A DNA stretch of 64,000 bases from Acidimicrobiaceae bacterium (GTDB taxonomy: Bacteria; Actinomycetota; Acidimicrobiia; Acidimicrobiales; JACDCH01), in NCBI GenBank assembly GCA_041166745.1, contig JBEEGH010000013.1, positions 66,453-130,452 on the forward strand, given 5' to 3'. Shown here in pieces: positions 61,316-64,000 of the stretch. The notes under the pieces are model-generated. The model saw only the letters and a list, made by a program, of their open reading frames with translations, did no database searches and was not told where the DNA came from. The translations under genes and the position numbers were made by a program. Position 1 is the first letter of the stretch, and every line of letters begins with the position of its first letter.

Positions 61316-64000
<2,685 letters not shown>

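Overview
This is a dense, high-GC chromosomal segment, with G+C judged by eye rather than computed. The gene content looks actinobacterial: mycothiol-type DinB/MDMPI enzymes, a PIG-L deacetylase, an LLM oxidoreductase, a Rieske gene inside a suf operon, and many GTG starts and 1-4 nt gene overlaps. I support about 66 protein-coding genes. I found no rRNA, tRNA, CRISPR array, transposase or integrase. All product calls come from motifs I recognise in the translated ORFs; no database search was possible.

Main blocks, in order:
- 1-9.8 kb: a partial thioredoxin-fold fusion gene (missing from the ORF track), hydrolases, a flavin reductase, an atypical FtsH paralog, oligopeptidase B, and a YhaN/SMC-like coiled-coil protein with a degenerate P-loop.
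- 9.9-15.2 kb: an orphan PAS histidine kinase and the first asymmetric heterodimeric ABC exporter pair.
- 16.4-21.0 kb: sufB, two non-suf ORFs, sufD, Rieske, sufC.
- 21-23.5 kb: cell-envelope genes and a pterin dehydratase.
- 23.5-33.7 kb: one long minus-strand run of Phd/VapC, the second ABC exporter pair, MBL, amidase, tatA, a second diverged sufC, sufS, sufU and an SDR.
- 33.8-40.5 kb: an acyl-CoA dehydrogenase, a large LuxR (LAL) regulator, YbjQ, and a DJ-1/PfpI plus GlxA pair.
- 40.8-51.2 kb: a translationally coupled GH4 glycosidase, HAAT-type ABC transporter, PIG-L and ThuA operon, facing nagB.
- 51.2-64 kb: assorted housekeeping genes ending in a partial aceE.

Most worth a second look:
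1. The suf locus. It is split, has two diverged SufC genes and no SufR, carries a DUF2510 membrane protein and a 4-Cys protein between sufB and sufD, and shows a shared 15-of-18-nt motif in front of both suf modules.
2. Two sequence-related perfect 19-20 bp hairpins with compensatory inner-stem changes, in identical intercistronic positions.
3. A 347-bp hairpin-rich intergenic region (40491-40837) that could be an ncRNA or leader.
4. A HAAT (amino-acid-type) ABC importer embedded in a sugar or amino-sugar operon, with a membrane domain fused to its LivF-like ATPase.
5. The P-loop-less SMC-like membrane protein.

None of these could be confirmed without homology or structure searches.
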